From Methanotrichaceae archaeon (GTDB lineage: Archaea > Halobacteriota > Methanosarcinia > Methanotrichales > Methanotrichaceae): a stretch of 64,000 nucleotides of DNA. Shown piece by piece: positions 20,390 through 29,274 of the stretch (position 1 is its first letter; each line of letters starts with the position of its first letter). A model generated the notes under the pieces. It did no database searches and had not been told where the DNA came from. It was given only the letters and a program-made list of their open reading frames with translations. A program made the translations under genes and the position numbers. The stretch is taken from contig CAVVKN010000002.1 of NCBI GenBank assembly GCA_963748825.1, forward strand, positions 64,001 to 128,000. The letters run 5' to 3'.

Positions 20390-20498
20390 TATGGCAGTGG
20401 CTATAAACCAGATTGTCCTGATTTCTATCTACCTCTCAAGAATCATTCCTGGATAAGCTGTATATCCTATGGCGGATCTACATGCGGAGCGGAGTTAG

Positions 20499-21299
20499 AT
20501 GTCATCTATTAAACACGTTGCGATATACGGCAAAGGCGGTATCGGCAAGTCGTGCACGGCCTCGAACATAGCCGCCGCCTGTGCCGAAGAGGGCCACAGG
20601 GTGCTTGTGGTGGGCTGCGATCCCAAGAGCGACTCGAGCATAACACTGGTGGGCAGAAGAATTCCCACCATGATGGACCTCATCCAAGCCGGAGGAGAGA
20701 TCCGGGAGAAGGATGTCGTTTTTGAGGGATACAAGGGCGTTAAGTGCATTGAGGTAGGAGGCCCGGAGCCGGGAGTGGGCTGTGCCGGGCGGGGCATAAT
20801 TGTCGCCATTGATTTCCTGCGGAAAGTCTCCAAGGCGATGGAGAATGTGGACCTGGTGCTGTACGATGTACCGGGAGATATCGTCTGCGGCGGATTTTCC
20901 GCGCCCATTCGAAAGGGACTGGTCAGCCAGGCTTACATCATCACCTCCGGGGAGTACATGCCGCTTTATGCTGCGAACAACATCAGTAAGGGCCTGCGCC
21001 GCCTGAAAACGCCTCTGGCAGGCGTGATCTGCAACTCACGGGAGGCTGCCGCCGGGCGGGAGAAGGAGATTGCTGAAAAATTTGCCCAGGAGCTGAACAG
21101 CCGACTGGTGGCCTTCATCCCCAAAGATCCCATAGTGCAGCAGTGCGAGAGGAGAGCGGTGACTGTGATAGAGGGCGCGCCTGACTCAGAGATAGCGGAC
21201 GTCTACCGTGCCCTGGCCAGGGAAATCATGTCGGGGGCCGAGCCGAAGGTGCCTGAGCCCCTCAGCGATGAGAGACTTAGAGAACTCTCCATGGAATGA
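20499..21299 (+). CDS. cfbC: Ni-sirohydrochlorin a,c-diamide reductive cyclase, NifH-like ATPase subunit (F430 biosynthesis)
   Basis: [41 protein letters not shown]; adjacent to cfbB with no nifDK. Confidence 0.85.
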   Translation: MSSIKHVAIYGKGGIGKSCTASNIAAACAEEGHRVLVVGCDPKSDSSITLVGRRIPTMMDLIQAGGEIREKDVVFEGYKGVKCIEVGGPEPGVGCAGRGIIVAIDFLRKVSKAMENVDLVLYDVPGDIVCGGFSAPIRKGLVSQAYIITSGEYMPLYAANNISKGLRRLKTPLAGVICNSREAAAGREKEIAEKFAQELNSRLVAFIPKDPIVQQCERRAVTVIEGAPDSEIADVYRALAREIMSGAEPKVPEPLSDERLRELSME

Positions 21300-21303
21300 T
21301 AAA

Positions 21304-22680
21304 ATGCGAGCCGACTGTCCACGAATCCTTATAGCTGGCGATCGAAGCTCCAGCGGCAAGACCACCATCGTAGCTGGCCTGCTCTCTGCCCTTTGCGGCA
21401 AAGGCCAGAAGGTGCAGCCCTTCAAGGTGGCCATGGACTACATCGATCCCAGCTACCACACCTGGATCACTGGCAGAAGCTGCCGCAATCTGGACGGCTA
21501 CCTCATGACACAGGCAGCCGTTATGGAGATCTACAATCACGCGGCAGAGAGCGCCGACATAGCAGTAATCGAGGGCGTGCGCGGCCTTTACGAGGGGTAC
21601 GACGGAGATCTGGGCAGCACGGCGCAGATCGCCAAGATGCTTCATGTCCCGGTCATCTTCGTGGTCGACGCCAGAAGCATCACGAGGAGCGCAGCGGCTA
21701 TAGTCAAAGGCTACATGGACTTTGACCCCCAGGTGCAATTCAAGGGTGTAATTCTCAACAAGGTGGGATCGGAGAGGCACGCCCAAAAAGCGATCAAGGA
21801 GATAGAGCGCTACGCGGGAGTGGAAGTGGTGGGCGTGATCCGGCGAAATGAGGAGATGCACCTGGCTATGCGCCACCTGGGTCTGGTGCCCGTGCTGGAA
21901 GGCAAGACCCGGCACGAGGGCTTCCCGGAGCGGGTAGATAAAATCCGCCAGATCGTGGAAGAGGGCCTGAACCTGGACCGCATTCAGGAGATCGCGAAGG
22001 AGGCACAGCCGCTGCCTGAGGTCGAGACGGACCTCTACCGGCAAAATGCCCTGGGCCAGGGTCTACGTATCGGCGTGGCCAGGGATGAGGCCTTCAACTT
22101 CTACTATCGGGACAACCTGGAGCTGATGGAGCTGGCTGGGGCGAAGGTCGTGCCCTTCAGCCCGGTGCACGACTCCGCATTGCCGGATGTGGACGGCATC
22201 TACATCGGCGGAGGATACCCGGAGCTTTATGCCCGGGAGCTGTCTGAGAATGCGGGCATGCGCCGGGCACTGGAGCGTGCGCACGAGAGAGACCTGCCCA
22301 TCTTCGCGGAGTGCGGCGGGCTGATGTACCTAGGCCGTGAGATCGAGTGGGATGGCGAAAAAAGAGAGATGGTGGGGCTGGTTCCAGGGAAGACAAGGCG
22401 CGGCAAGGTGCGAGTGGTCAGCTACGTGCACGGGGCTTTTGCCCGCGATTGTGCTCTGGGAAAAGCGGGCGAGGCGATCATGGGGCATGAGTTTCACCAC
22501 TCGGAGATGCTGATGGATGAGAACGTGAAGTACGCCATTCGCCTGGAGCGGGGCACGGGCATCAAAGATGGCTGGGACGGCATGTGCGAGGGAAATTTAG
22601 TGGCCAGCTATACCCACATTCACAGCGCGTCTTTCCGGGGATTTCCGGCCAACTTCATCAAGGCCTGCAAAAATAGATAG
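21304..22680 (+). CDS. cfbB: Ni-sirohydrochlorin a,c-diamide synthase (CbiA/CobB family)
   Basis: AGDRSSSGKTT, DYIDP, IEGVRGLYEG, AFNFYY, AECGGLMYL, GHEFHHS; follows cfbC. Confidence 0.85.
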   Translation: MRADCPRILIAGDRSSSGKTTIVAGLLSALCGKGQKVQPFKVAMDYIDPSYHTWITGRSCRNLDGYLMTQAAVMEIYNHAAESADIAVIEGVRGLYEGYDGDLGSTAQIAKMLHVPVIFVVDARSITRSAAAIVKGYMDFDPQVQFKGVILNKVGSERHAQKAIKEIERYAGVEVVGVIRRNEEMHLAMRHLGLVPVLEGKTRHEGFPERVDKIRQIVEEGLNLDRIQEIAKEAQPLPEVETDLYRQNALGQGLRIGVARDEAFNFYYRDNLELMELAGAKVVPFSPVHDSALPDVDGIYIGGGYPELYARELSENAGMRRALERAHERDLPIFAECGGLMYLGREIEWDGEKREMVGLVPGKTRRGKVRVVSYVHGAFARDCALGKAGEAIMGHEFHHSEMLMDENVKYAIRLERGTGIKDGWDGMCEGNLVASYTHIHSASFRGFPANFIKACKNR

Positions 22681-22750
22681 GGCTCGAAAAACTGTTCATA
22701 GATCCAAGAAGGATTCTATTCAAGGAGATATATTCGCCAGGCATCGGGAA

Positions 22751-23302
22751 CTACATTATTCCTATCTTGTTCTTGATGACCCGGATATCCTTTCCCATCC
22801 TCATTAGTCGATCCGTGTTGCTGTGATATACCATGTCGTCGCGCAGATCACGGATTTCGCCAGTGGTCTCATCTTGCTTCACCAGCATCTGATCCATCTT
22901 TTTATTTATTCCCCTGACTTCGGCGACGGTTTCGTCTTGCTTCTCCAGCATCCGATCCATTTTGTTGTTCATTCCTAATAGTAGGGGAATTGCCTTGTTC
23001 AACTGCGCTGATGTATTTATTGCCGCATACTTTTCCAGTGAAATGACTTTTCCAGAGAACTCCGATACCTCAATAGCATCTACCACGGCCAGCTCGGGCT
23101 TATTCGATCTCACCAAATCGTCAAAATATGATACGCACCCTTCATCTCCTTCAGCCAAGACTACGACCACAGGATTTCCGTTCTCAATGCGGTTGCTGGC
23201 CTGAAAGCCGAACAGCCCACAACCTATGGCCACATCAGTAAGCCAGGGTCGATAGCCTACTCCGTGCACTTTGCTGCCCGAGATTGTCATTTTGATCTTC
23301 AT
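22751..23302 (-). CDS. Acylphosphatase-domain protein with repetitive coiled-coil C-terminus
   Basis: GSKVHGVGYR and ASNR motifs; two about 21-aa repeats MDxMLxKQDET. Confidence 0.8.
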   Translation of the reverse strand: MKIKMTISGSKVHGVGYRPWLTDVAIGCGLFGFQASNRIENGNPVVVVLAEGDEGCVSYFDDLVRSNKPELAVVDAIEVSEFSGKVISLEKYAAINTSAQLNKAIPLLLGMNNKMDRMLEKQDETVAEVRGINKKMDQMLVKQDETTGEIRDLRDDMVYHSNTDRLMRMGKDIRVIKNKIGIM

Positions 23303-23524
23303 GCTAAAGTATTGTTTGGTTTGAAGCTATTTAGCTATTTCCGGCCCCCCACGTCACTGTGGTTGAGAAGTCGTTAGGCGCTGCTGGTTATAACCAATGG
23401 TTACGAACTTCCACTACAGTGCCACAGAGCGTACGAAGAACTCACAGAGGACTCGATTATTCTATTACTTACTCTATACAGCTAAGAACCAAACATCTTC
23501 CACGTTCATAGAACCTCATCTTTT

Positions 23525-23548
23525 CTTCGCGTCTTCGCGGCTTCGCGT
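23525..23548 (+). repeat. 8-bp tandem repeat (CTTCGCGK)x3
   Basis: CTTCGCGT CTTCGCGG CTTCGCGT, read directly. Confidence 0.8.
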
Positions 23549-23609
23549 GAGACCGTCGATCTTCCGCCGCCTTCAGTCTCTCGCAGGCCTCCCACTATCG
23601 TTCCACCCC

Positions 23610-24203
23610 TCACCTGATCTTCGCTAGCCTCTCGTTCACCCTATCCGCGTCGAAATACTCGGGATTGTATTCATCTCCCGCCCAAGTCTGCAAATCCGCG
23701 TGCTCCGGGTGTTTCGGGTTCCTCAGGGCTTTCAGGAGATTGTAGTATCCACCCTCTCCGCCACAGTCCTCATGAGGGGCGGCACGCTTGCCCTTCAGGC
23801 ATACAGGCACCTTCAGCTCCTCTTGAGGCCTGAAGATCTTCTCTACCAGGATTGTGTGACGCCAGTTGTCCCCAAAGTCGTACTCATAGCTGAACTTGAA
23901 CTTCTCCCCTGGGATTACTCTATTCAGCCTGACCTTCTTCTCATCCGTAAAATCGTCGCCCAACATATCCGCCTCTCTGCAGATGACGCTGTAGTCCTCG
24001 CCCTCTATCACGAACTTGTGCAGATGGTAGTCATCCCATCCCATGACCACTTGCAGAATCTTATGAAGCTTGAATAGAGTTATGTCCCCGCGAACCTGAA
24101 TTCTCCGCCAGATGAGCGGCCTTATTCCATCAAGGGTCACCTTTAGCTGGTAGACTGCCTCAGGCTCAGACTGAACTGAAGAATCCTTCGCTTTTTTTGC
24201 CAT
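23610..24203 (-). CDS. pRiA4b ORF-3 family protein
   Basis: YQLKVTL...IWRRIQV, LHKILQ..MGW..YHLH.F, YEYDFGDNW.H, PHEDCGG. Confidence 0.9.
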   Translation of the reverse strand: MAKKAKDSSVQSEPEAVYQLKVTLDGIRPLIWRRIQVRGDITLFKLHKILQVVMGWDDYHLHKFVIEGEDYSVICREADMLGDDFTDEKKVRLNRVIPGEKFKFSYEYDFGDNWRHTILVEKIFRPQEELKVPVCLKGKRAAPHEDCGGEGGYYNLLKALRNPKHPEHADLQTWAGDEYNPEYFDADRVNERLAKIR

Positions 24204-24318
24204 AGTTCACGATTAAGGATCCTCTGTGGATTTCATCTTTGCTGAGCGATCGAGATCTGATGCAAAAAACGATAGAGCTAAATAAATTGCATCCTATCCA
24301 TTTAGCTGGTGATTTGAA

Positions 24319-24723
24319 ATGGTGAAGATGTCAGCGGAAGTTCGAGAGACCTTGGAAAAGCAAAAGCCAATACCCATTGCCACAGCCAGCAAGTCTGGAA
24401 TGCCCAATGTGGTCTTTGTGGGGCTGATGAAGATCATAGACGATGAAACCATCATGCTTGCGGACAACTTCTTCTACAAGACCTCCCAGAACCTGGCCGA
24501 GAATCCCAAGATCTCCATACTCTGCTACAACAGCGAGACCAAGAAGTCCTTCCAGATCAAGGGCAATGTCACTGTTACCAAGGAAGGGCCGGACTTCGTG
24601 GCGATGAGGGCCTGGGTGCACGGCATCAACAACAAGCTGCCGGCCAAGAGCTGCGCCGTGGTCAAGATCACGGAGATCTACAACGCCATGTGGGGACCGG
24701 CTGCTGGAAAACAGATTGCCTGA
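24319..24723 (+). CDS. Pyridoxamine 5'-phosphate oxidase-family FMN-binding protein
   Basis: IATASKSGMPNV, ADNFFYKT..NL.ENP, FQIKG. Confidence 0.85.
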   Translation: MVKMSAEVRETLEKQKPIPIATASKSGMPNVVFVGLMKIIDDETIMLADNFFYKTSQNLAENPKISILCYNSETKKSFQIKGNVTVTKEGPDFVAMRAWVHGINNKLPAKSCAVVKITEIYNAMWGPAAGKQIA

Positions 24724-24826
24724 ACATAATACATTAATTTTAGTATATTTTTTAAAGAAAAGATTAAGTCCGGCCAAGGCAGCATGCTTGGGCCGGCACG
24801 AAACTTCTTTGGGTCCACATAACGTG

Positions 24827-26290
24827 TTATAAGCTTTTAAGCCTCTTATCTAGCCTCTCCGCCTTGGTCTTCACATCCAGGTGCGCGATATTTGAGAACT
24901 GCAACCACGGCTTCTCGCCAGGGTGGACTAAATTATTGATCCTTTTATAGAAGGGGCTTTGCGTTGTGCACTCATGCAGATGTCTGACGCCAACCCGACA
25001 GCGATCAGGTTCATCATACTCGCGATACATCTCCAGCAAGCATGCATCCAAATTTTCATCCATTAGCAGGACGGCACCTCCAAAGACATCTTCACGCTTG
25101 ACCTTATCAACTACCCAGCCGCCGGTGTTGTAAACTGCCACGGGCCTTTTGAATCCTTCAATGTAAGACTCCTCTAGGAACGGCTTGTGGGTATGGCCGA
25201 AGACAAAGGCCAGTTCTGAAGGAAGTGGGGCACCTTGACGTTCATCGATGATCTGATTTCTTACAGCCATTAGATACTGAGCCACGCCCGCTTCAGTCTG
25301 CTCACCCAGAGGCTTATCTTTCAATTTTCGTTCCCCATCAGAGATTCTGCAAAAGACAGATTCAAGAATATTCTTCAAGATCCGCTCTTCCACCAAGTCA
25401 GCACAGCCTGTGAAGCCGTATTTTTTTGCCAGGTTTTTGGCAGCTTTGGCGATAAAGATCTTCATCTGTCCTTCGTCAAGCATGTGCTCGTAAAGGGTCT
25501 CAGTGAGCGCTCCCACCTCGCCGGAACGTCCCAGGGCGGACCAGAGGAAATCAATCCATGCGAAGTTCTCAGACTCAATCAACTGTATGTCGCTGGGCAT
25601 CTCACAGTCTAGATTCAACAGATCCGCTTTCAATTTGCTCATGATGTAGTATTTCGACTCGACGAAGTGGCCGTGATGAATGACGACGCATTTCTCTTTG
25701 CTCTTCGAGAGGATACCAAAGTTCGGATAGGCAATTTTAATAAGGATGTTATCGCGCAGCTTGTACTTCTCTTCGATATCAAGTTTGGAGCGTCGCTTCA
25801 GGATTTTATCCAGGAAATATGAAGAGACCTGGTTCTTGTCGCTGTCGTCCTCCTTTCCTTCCAGGAGAAACATCTCCGTCTTGTGCCATGGCAGATCCAG
25901 ATGTTTATCAGGATGCCTGTCAATATACTCAACGTACTGTGTCTCTCTGGCCATCTCCCATAAGTGGTGGTCGTGGTTGCCCGGAATGTAAATGATCCCA
26001 TCAAAGAGTTCTCTGCCTTTTGCCATGACAAGCTCCATGAACCGCTCGAAGATCATAGCTGAGGTATTGTACTCAGAGAGAGCCAGCTCCAAAATGTCGC
26101 CGTTCAGAATCAATGTGGGCTTCTCAGGCCCTTCGTTATTGGAGATCAGCTCGCGCAGACATTCGACGAGACGAAACATTACGGAGTTTGCCTTAAGGGG
26201 ATCTACATTATTGCCATTCACCTCGGTGAGAAGGCTGTCCTCCTCGCCGAGGTGCATATCTGATAAGCATACATAGCGAATATCATTCAT
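24827..26290 (-). CDS. Calcineurin-like metallophosphoesterase
   Basis: SDMHLG, NGDILE, PGNHDH, HHGH, FGHTH, YNTGGW motifs. Confidence 0.85.
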   Translation of the reverse strand: MNDIRYVCLSDMHLGEEDSLLTEVNGNNVDPLKANSVMFRLVECLRELISNNEGPEKPTLILNGDILELALSEYNTSAMIFERFMELVMAKGRELFDGIIYIPGNHDHHLWEMARETQYVEYIDRHPDKHLDLPWHKTEMFLLEGKEDDSDKNQVSSYFLDKILKRRSKLDIEEKYKLRDNILIKIAYPNFGILSKSKEKCVVIHHGHFVESKYYIMSKLKADLLNLDCEMPSDIQLIESENFAWIDFLWSALGRSGEVGALTETLYEHMLDEGQMKIFIAKAAKNLAKKYGFTGCADLVEERILKNILESVFCRISDGERKLKDKPLGEQTEAGVAQYLMAVRNQIIDERQGAPLPSELAFVFGHTHKPFLEESYIEGFKRPVAVYNTGGWVVDKVKREDVFGGAVLLMDENLDACLLEMYREYDEPDRCRVGVRHLHECTTQSPFYKRINNLVHPGEKPWLQFSNIAHLDVKTKAERLDKRLKSL

Positions 26291-26555
26291 ACCTAGCGCC
26301 TCCGGCCTGAGCCTCTCCGGGAAAAAGAGAGAAATGACCTAAATTTAACTGAAACTTATGACAGAATGTGGGCACTACAGCTTTATTAAGTCTTCTAAAA
26401 GACCCATGCATTTTCTTTTCATAAGTTGAAGCTCATTGATTGCCAGAGCATTATTGAACAGGTCAGCTCCCACATCAAGCGCTGCAAGCAACAAATTCAA
26501 ATTACCACGTCACATCATATCCCAGCCCGCTATGTGGGCGCTCCGGACAGCTCAA

Positions 26556-26776
26556 TCACCCGGCTCTGCCATCTCATCCTCGCATCCGGCGCCTGCAGGT
26601 AGAGGTACGTGAGACACGCGCTTTGCGCCCTGGTTTTCGATCAGGTTGCCCAATTTTTTTGGGCGTGCTGTGGTTGGTGACATCAAAGGGCTCGGGAAAG
26701 GAGCATTCGTGAATTGAGCAGGTCGGCTCCCTTTGCCAGAGCTGCCACGCGCGGGCAGGGCTTCGGTGTCTCCGGA
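26556..26776 (-). pseudogene. Frameshifted C-terminal remnant of an MBL-fold (RNase Z-like) hydrolase
   Basis: Across several frameshifts it reads SGDTE/PCPRVAALAKGADLL/IHECSFPEPFDVTNHSTPKK/LGNLIENQGAKRV/LTYLY. Confidence 0.65.
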
Positions 26777-26802
26777 TTAAAAGACTTAGGCGTCTTTTCC
26801 TG

Positions 26803-27651
26803 CTAAATCACTCCCCGGTAGTACGCCATCCTCCTGGCATGGGGCCGGAAAAGCTCCAGCAGCCTCTTCTCTTCCTCTTCAGCTAGCGGCTGGAACTCCC
26901 TGCCCACCTGGGCCAGCGTCTGCACCTCTCTGGGGCTGGAGCAGCCCACGATGGCCGTGCTGATCTCCCGGGAAAGGGCAAACCGCAGGAGCAGCTCTGC
27001 CGTCACTCCATCCTGCGGGGAGATGTAATGCGAGGCCCCCAGCACCTTCATGCCGATAACGGCCAGGCCTCTGTCCTTTGCAGCGGCCATTACTCGGTCC
27101 AGAAATCCGCCCAAGACGGCTTCTGCCGGATTGACGGGCATGAGCACGGCGTCCACCGGCCAGTTTTTCACGGCGTGCTCCAGGATTTTCGGGGCATGGT
27201 GACCGGTGACGCCCAGGAAGCGCACCAGTCCTGCGTCTTTGGCCTCAACAAACGCCTGCAGGGCTCCGCCTGGTCCCTCGATCTCCTCGATATCCTGGCG
27301 TGTCCGAACGTCATGAATCTGCCACAGGTCCAGGCGCTCCAGGCCCATTGTCTCCAGGGACTCTGCCAGATCGGCCCTGGCACCCCGGTAGTCGCGGGCG
27401 GCGGACTTGCTGGTCTGAAAGATGCTGAAGCGTTGCTGTGCGTGGCTGCGCCAAAAACTGCCATAGTAGCCCTGGCTGCCCGCGTAAGCCTGCGCCGAGT
27501 CGAAGTAGGTTATGCCTTGGGCTGCTGCCTCCTCGATCACGGCCTTGGCCTCCTTCTCGCGCCCGTAGGTTCGCAGCACGCCCTCCCCGCCCAGTCCCAC
27601 CTGAGTGATGGCCGGGCCCGACTTTCCGAAGAGCCTCGTAGTAATAGTCAC
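26803..27651 (-). CDS. Aldo/keto reductase
   Basis: VGLGG, GITYFDSAQAY, LDLWQIHD, RFLGVTGH, IGMKVLG; probable GTG start at 27651. Confidence 0.88.
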   Translation of the reverse strand: MTITTRLFGKSGPAITQVGLGGEGVLRTYGREKEAKAVIEEAAAQGITYFDSAQAYAGSQGYYGSFWRSHAQQRFSIFQTSKSAARDYRGARADLAESLETMGLERLDLWQIHDVRTRQDIEEIEGPGGALQAFVEAKDAGLVRFLGVTGHHAPKILEHAVKNWPVDAVLMPVNPAEAVLGGFLDRVMAAAKDRGLAVIGMKVLGASHYISPQDGVTAELLLRFALSREISTAIVGCSSPREVQTLAQVGREFQPLAEEEEKRLLELFRPHARRMAYYRGVI

Positions 27652-27810
27652 AATAATCCCAGCAAGTATATTTGGCCGGCAGAGTATAAAAAAGGAGGCT
27701 CTTGGCCGTTTAGTATTATTGTGGGCAAGGTTATGATTCGATTCCAATCGTTTTGTCTCGTGCCCGCAAGCATCAAATGCCATCGGCAATGATTATCTAA
27801 GGCGAAGTGC

Positions 27811-28662
27811 ATGGACGCTGATCTCTGGGCAAAAGAAGCAGATGAACTGTATCAACATGGCCAATTCGATGAAGCCATCCCATTTTACGAGAGGGTCATA
27901 GAGCAAGATCCGGAAAATGCAGAATTGTGGAACCGCAGAGGTTTGACCCTATGTCGCCTGGGCAGGCACCAGGAGGCCATTGATTCATTTGAGACCGCCC
28001 TGAAGATAGACCCGAAGTACACCGATGCCCAGAATAATAAAGGCGTTGTTTTCTACAAACAGAAGAGATACGATGAGGCCATGGCATATTTTGACGGGAT
28101 AATCAGGACGAATCCCCGGTACGTTAGAGCCTGGTACAACAAGGGCGTGGTCTTAGACAGGCAGGGAATGTACCGAGAGGCCGTCAATTATTACGATAGA
28201 ACCCTTGAGATGAATCCCGGCGGAGCTCGAGTATGGTGCAATCGAGGAGCGGCTCTGGGAAATATGGGCGACTACGAAGCAGCCTTGGACAGCTTTGACA
28301 GGTCCATAGCCCTGCAGCCAGAAAGAAGTGAGTTCTGGAACAACAAGGGAGCCGCTTTGGCAAAGCTGCACAGATACGATGAGGCAGTGGCGCATTTTGA
28401 CAGGGCACTTCAGATCGATCCAGAAAATGCCGATGCCTGGTACAACAGGGGCGAGGCTCTACGGCGTCTGAATCAGTTTGCGGAAGCGATCGAAGATTTT
28501 GATAGGGTCATTGAGATCGATGACCGGCATGCCAGAGCCTGGAACAGCAAAGGCCTTGCTCTCAAGGCTTTGGGCAAGGATAACGAGGCGGATGCAGCCT
28601 TTGCTAAAGGCTCAGAGCTAATGCTGAATGGGAGCAAGAGACAAGAAGCGCAGGAGATCTGA
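27811..28662 (+). CDS. Tetratricopeptide repeat protein
   Basis: About eight 34-aa repeats AWxNKGxxL...EAxxxFDxAL. Confidence 0.92.
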   Translation: MDADLWAKEADELYQHGQFDEAIPFYERVIEQDPENAELWNRRGLTLCRLGRHQEAIDSFETALKIDPKYTDAQNNKGVVFYKQKRYDEAMAYFDGIIRTNPRYVRAWYNKGVVLDRQGMYREAVNYYDRTLEMNPGGARVWCNRGAALGNMGDYEAALDSFDRSIALQPERSEFWNNKGAALAKLHRYDEAVAHFDRALQIDPENADAWYNRGEALRRLNQFAEAIEDFDRVIEIDDRHARAWNSKGLALKALGKDNEADAAFAKGSELMLNGSKRQEAQEI

Positions 28663-28668
28663 TGCAGC

Positions 28669-28734
28669 GATGAATAGGAGGGAGGCAAAAGTCTTAGTGT
28701 AGGAGGGAAGAAAAGAGGTGCTTCGACTTTTGCC
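28669..28734 (-). ncRNA. Candidate sRNA, copy A (hairpin with anti-SD motifs)
   Basis: GGCAAAAGTC/GACTTTTGCC 10-bp stem, TCCCTCCT in loop and 3' tail, TATA (TTAAATAT, 28765-28758) upstream; paralog at 41168-41233. Confidence 0.6.
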
Positions 28735-29274
28735 GATTAGACTATAAGCATTCGCCGATATTTAAGGATTTCGCCACGATAACTAATTGAGCAATCATAC
28801 CTCCGGAAAAGAACTACCAGATAATTACAAACCAGCCTAGTGTAATGCGCTCAGTGTCGTGGTGTACAAATACAAAGTTTTTATCATATCTGCTTTTGCG
28901 CTTGCTTTGTCAAGTAGCAACTCATTTGCTGGTTTGGAATATGGAAGAGCGAATCCTTATGCTTACTCTAGAATGCAATATGATCGCCTTGGCCACCTGC
29001 GAAGCCTGCGAAGAGTCCAACTAAGCAAAATCTTCTATATCAATCACAACCCTGAGCTTCCACTTTGCGGCTAGAATACGCAGCATACTCTCCTATCGAG
29101 CTTGCGTGGCTACCGCATGGCCCATCTTTCCAAAAGCCTCAACGTATTAGCCAAACCGACCTGCTGCAAGTTCGTCCGTCAATATTTATAAAGATTCTTG
29201 ATATATTCATCTGGAACTATAACGCCCTATTGTATGCACATTATTTTAGTTATATTTAAAGCATATATAAATTT

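Noticed and set aside
20499-21299. Nitrogenase reductase nifH / nitrogen fixation
   Set aside because: No nifDK/nifI genes nearby and direct linkage to cfbB indicate the F430 biosynthesis paralog CfbC.
28850-29215. Possible decayed gene downstream of the HD-HSP90 gene, and the short plus-strand ORFs there
   Set aside because: Protein-like stretches with several stops on the minus strand, but no family could be recognised.
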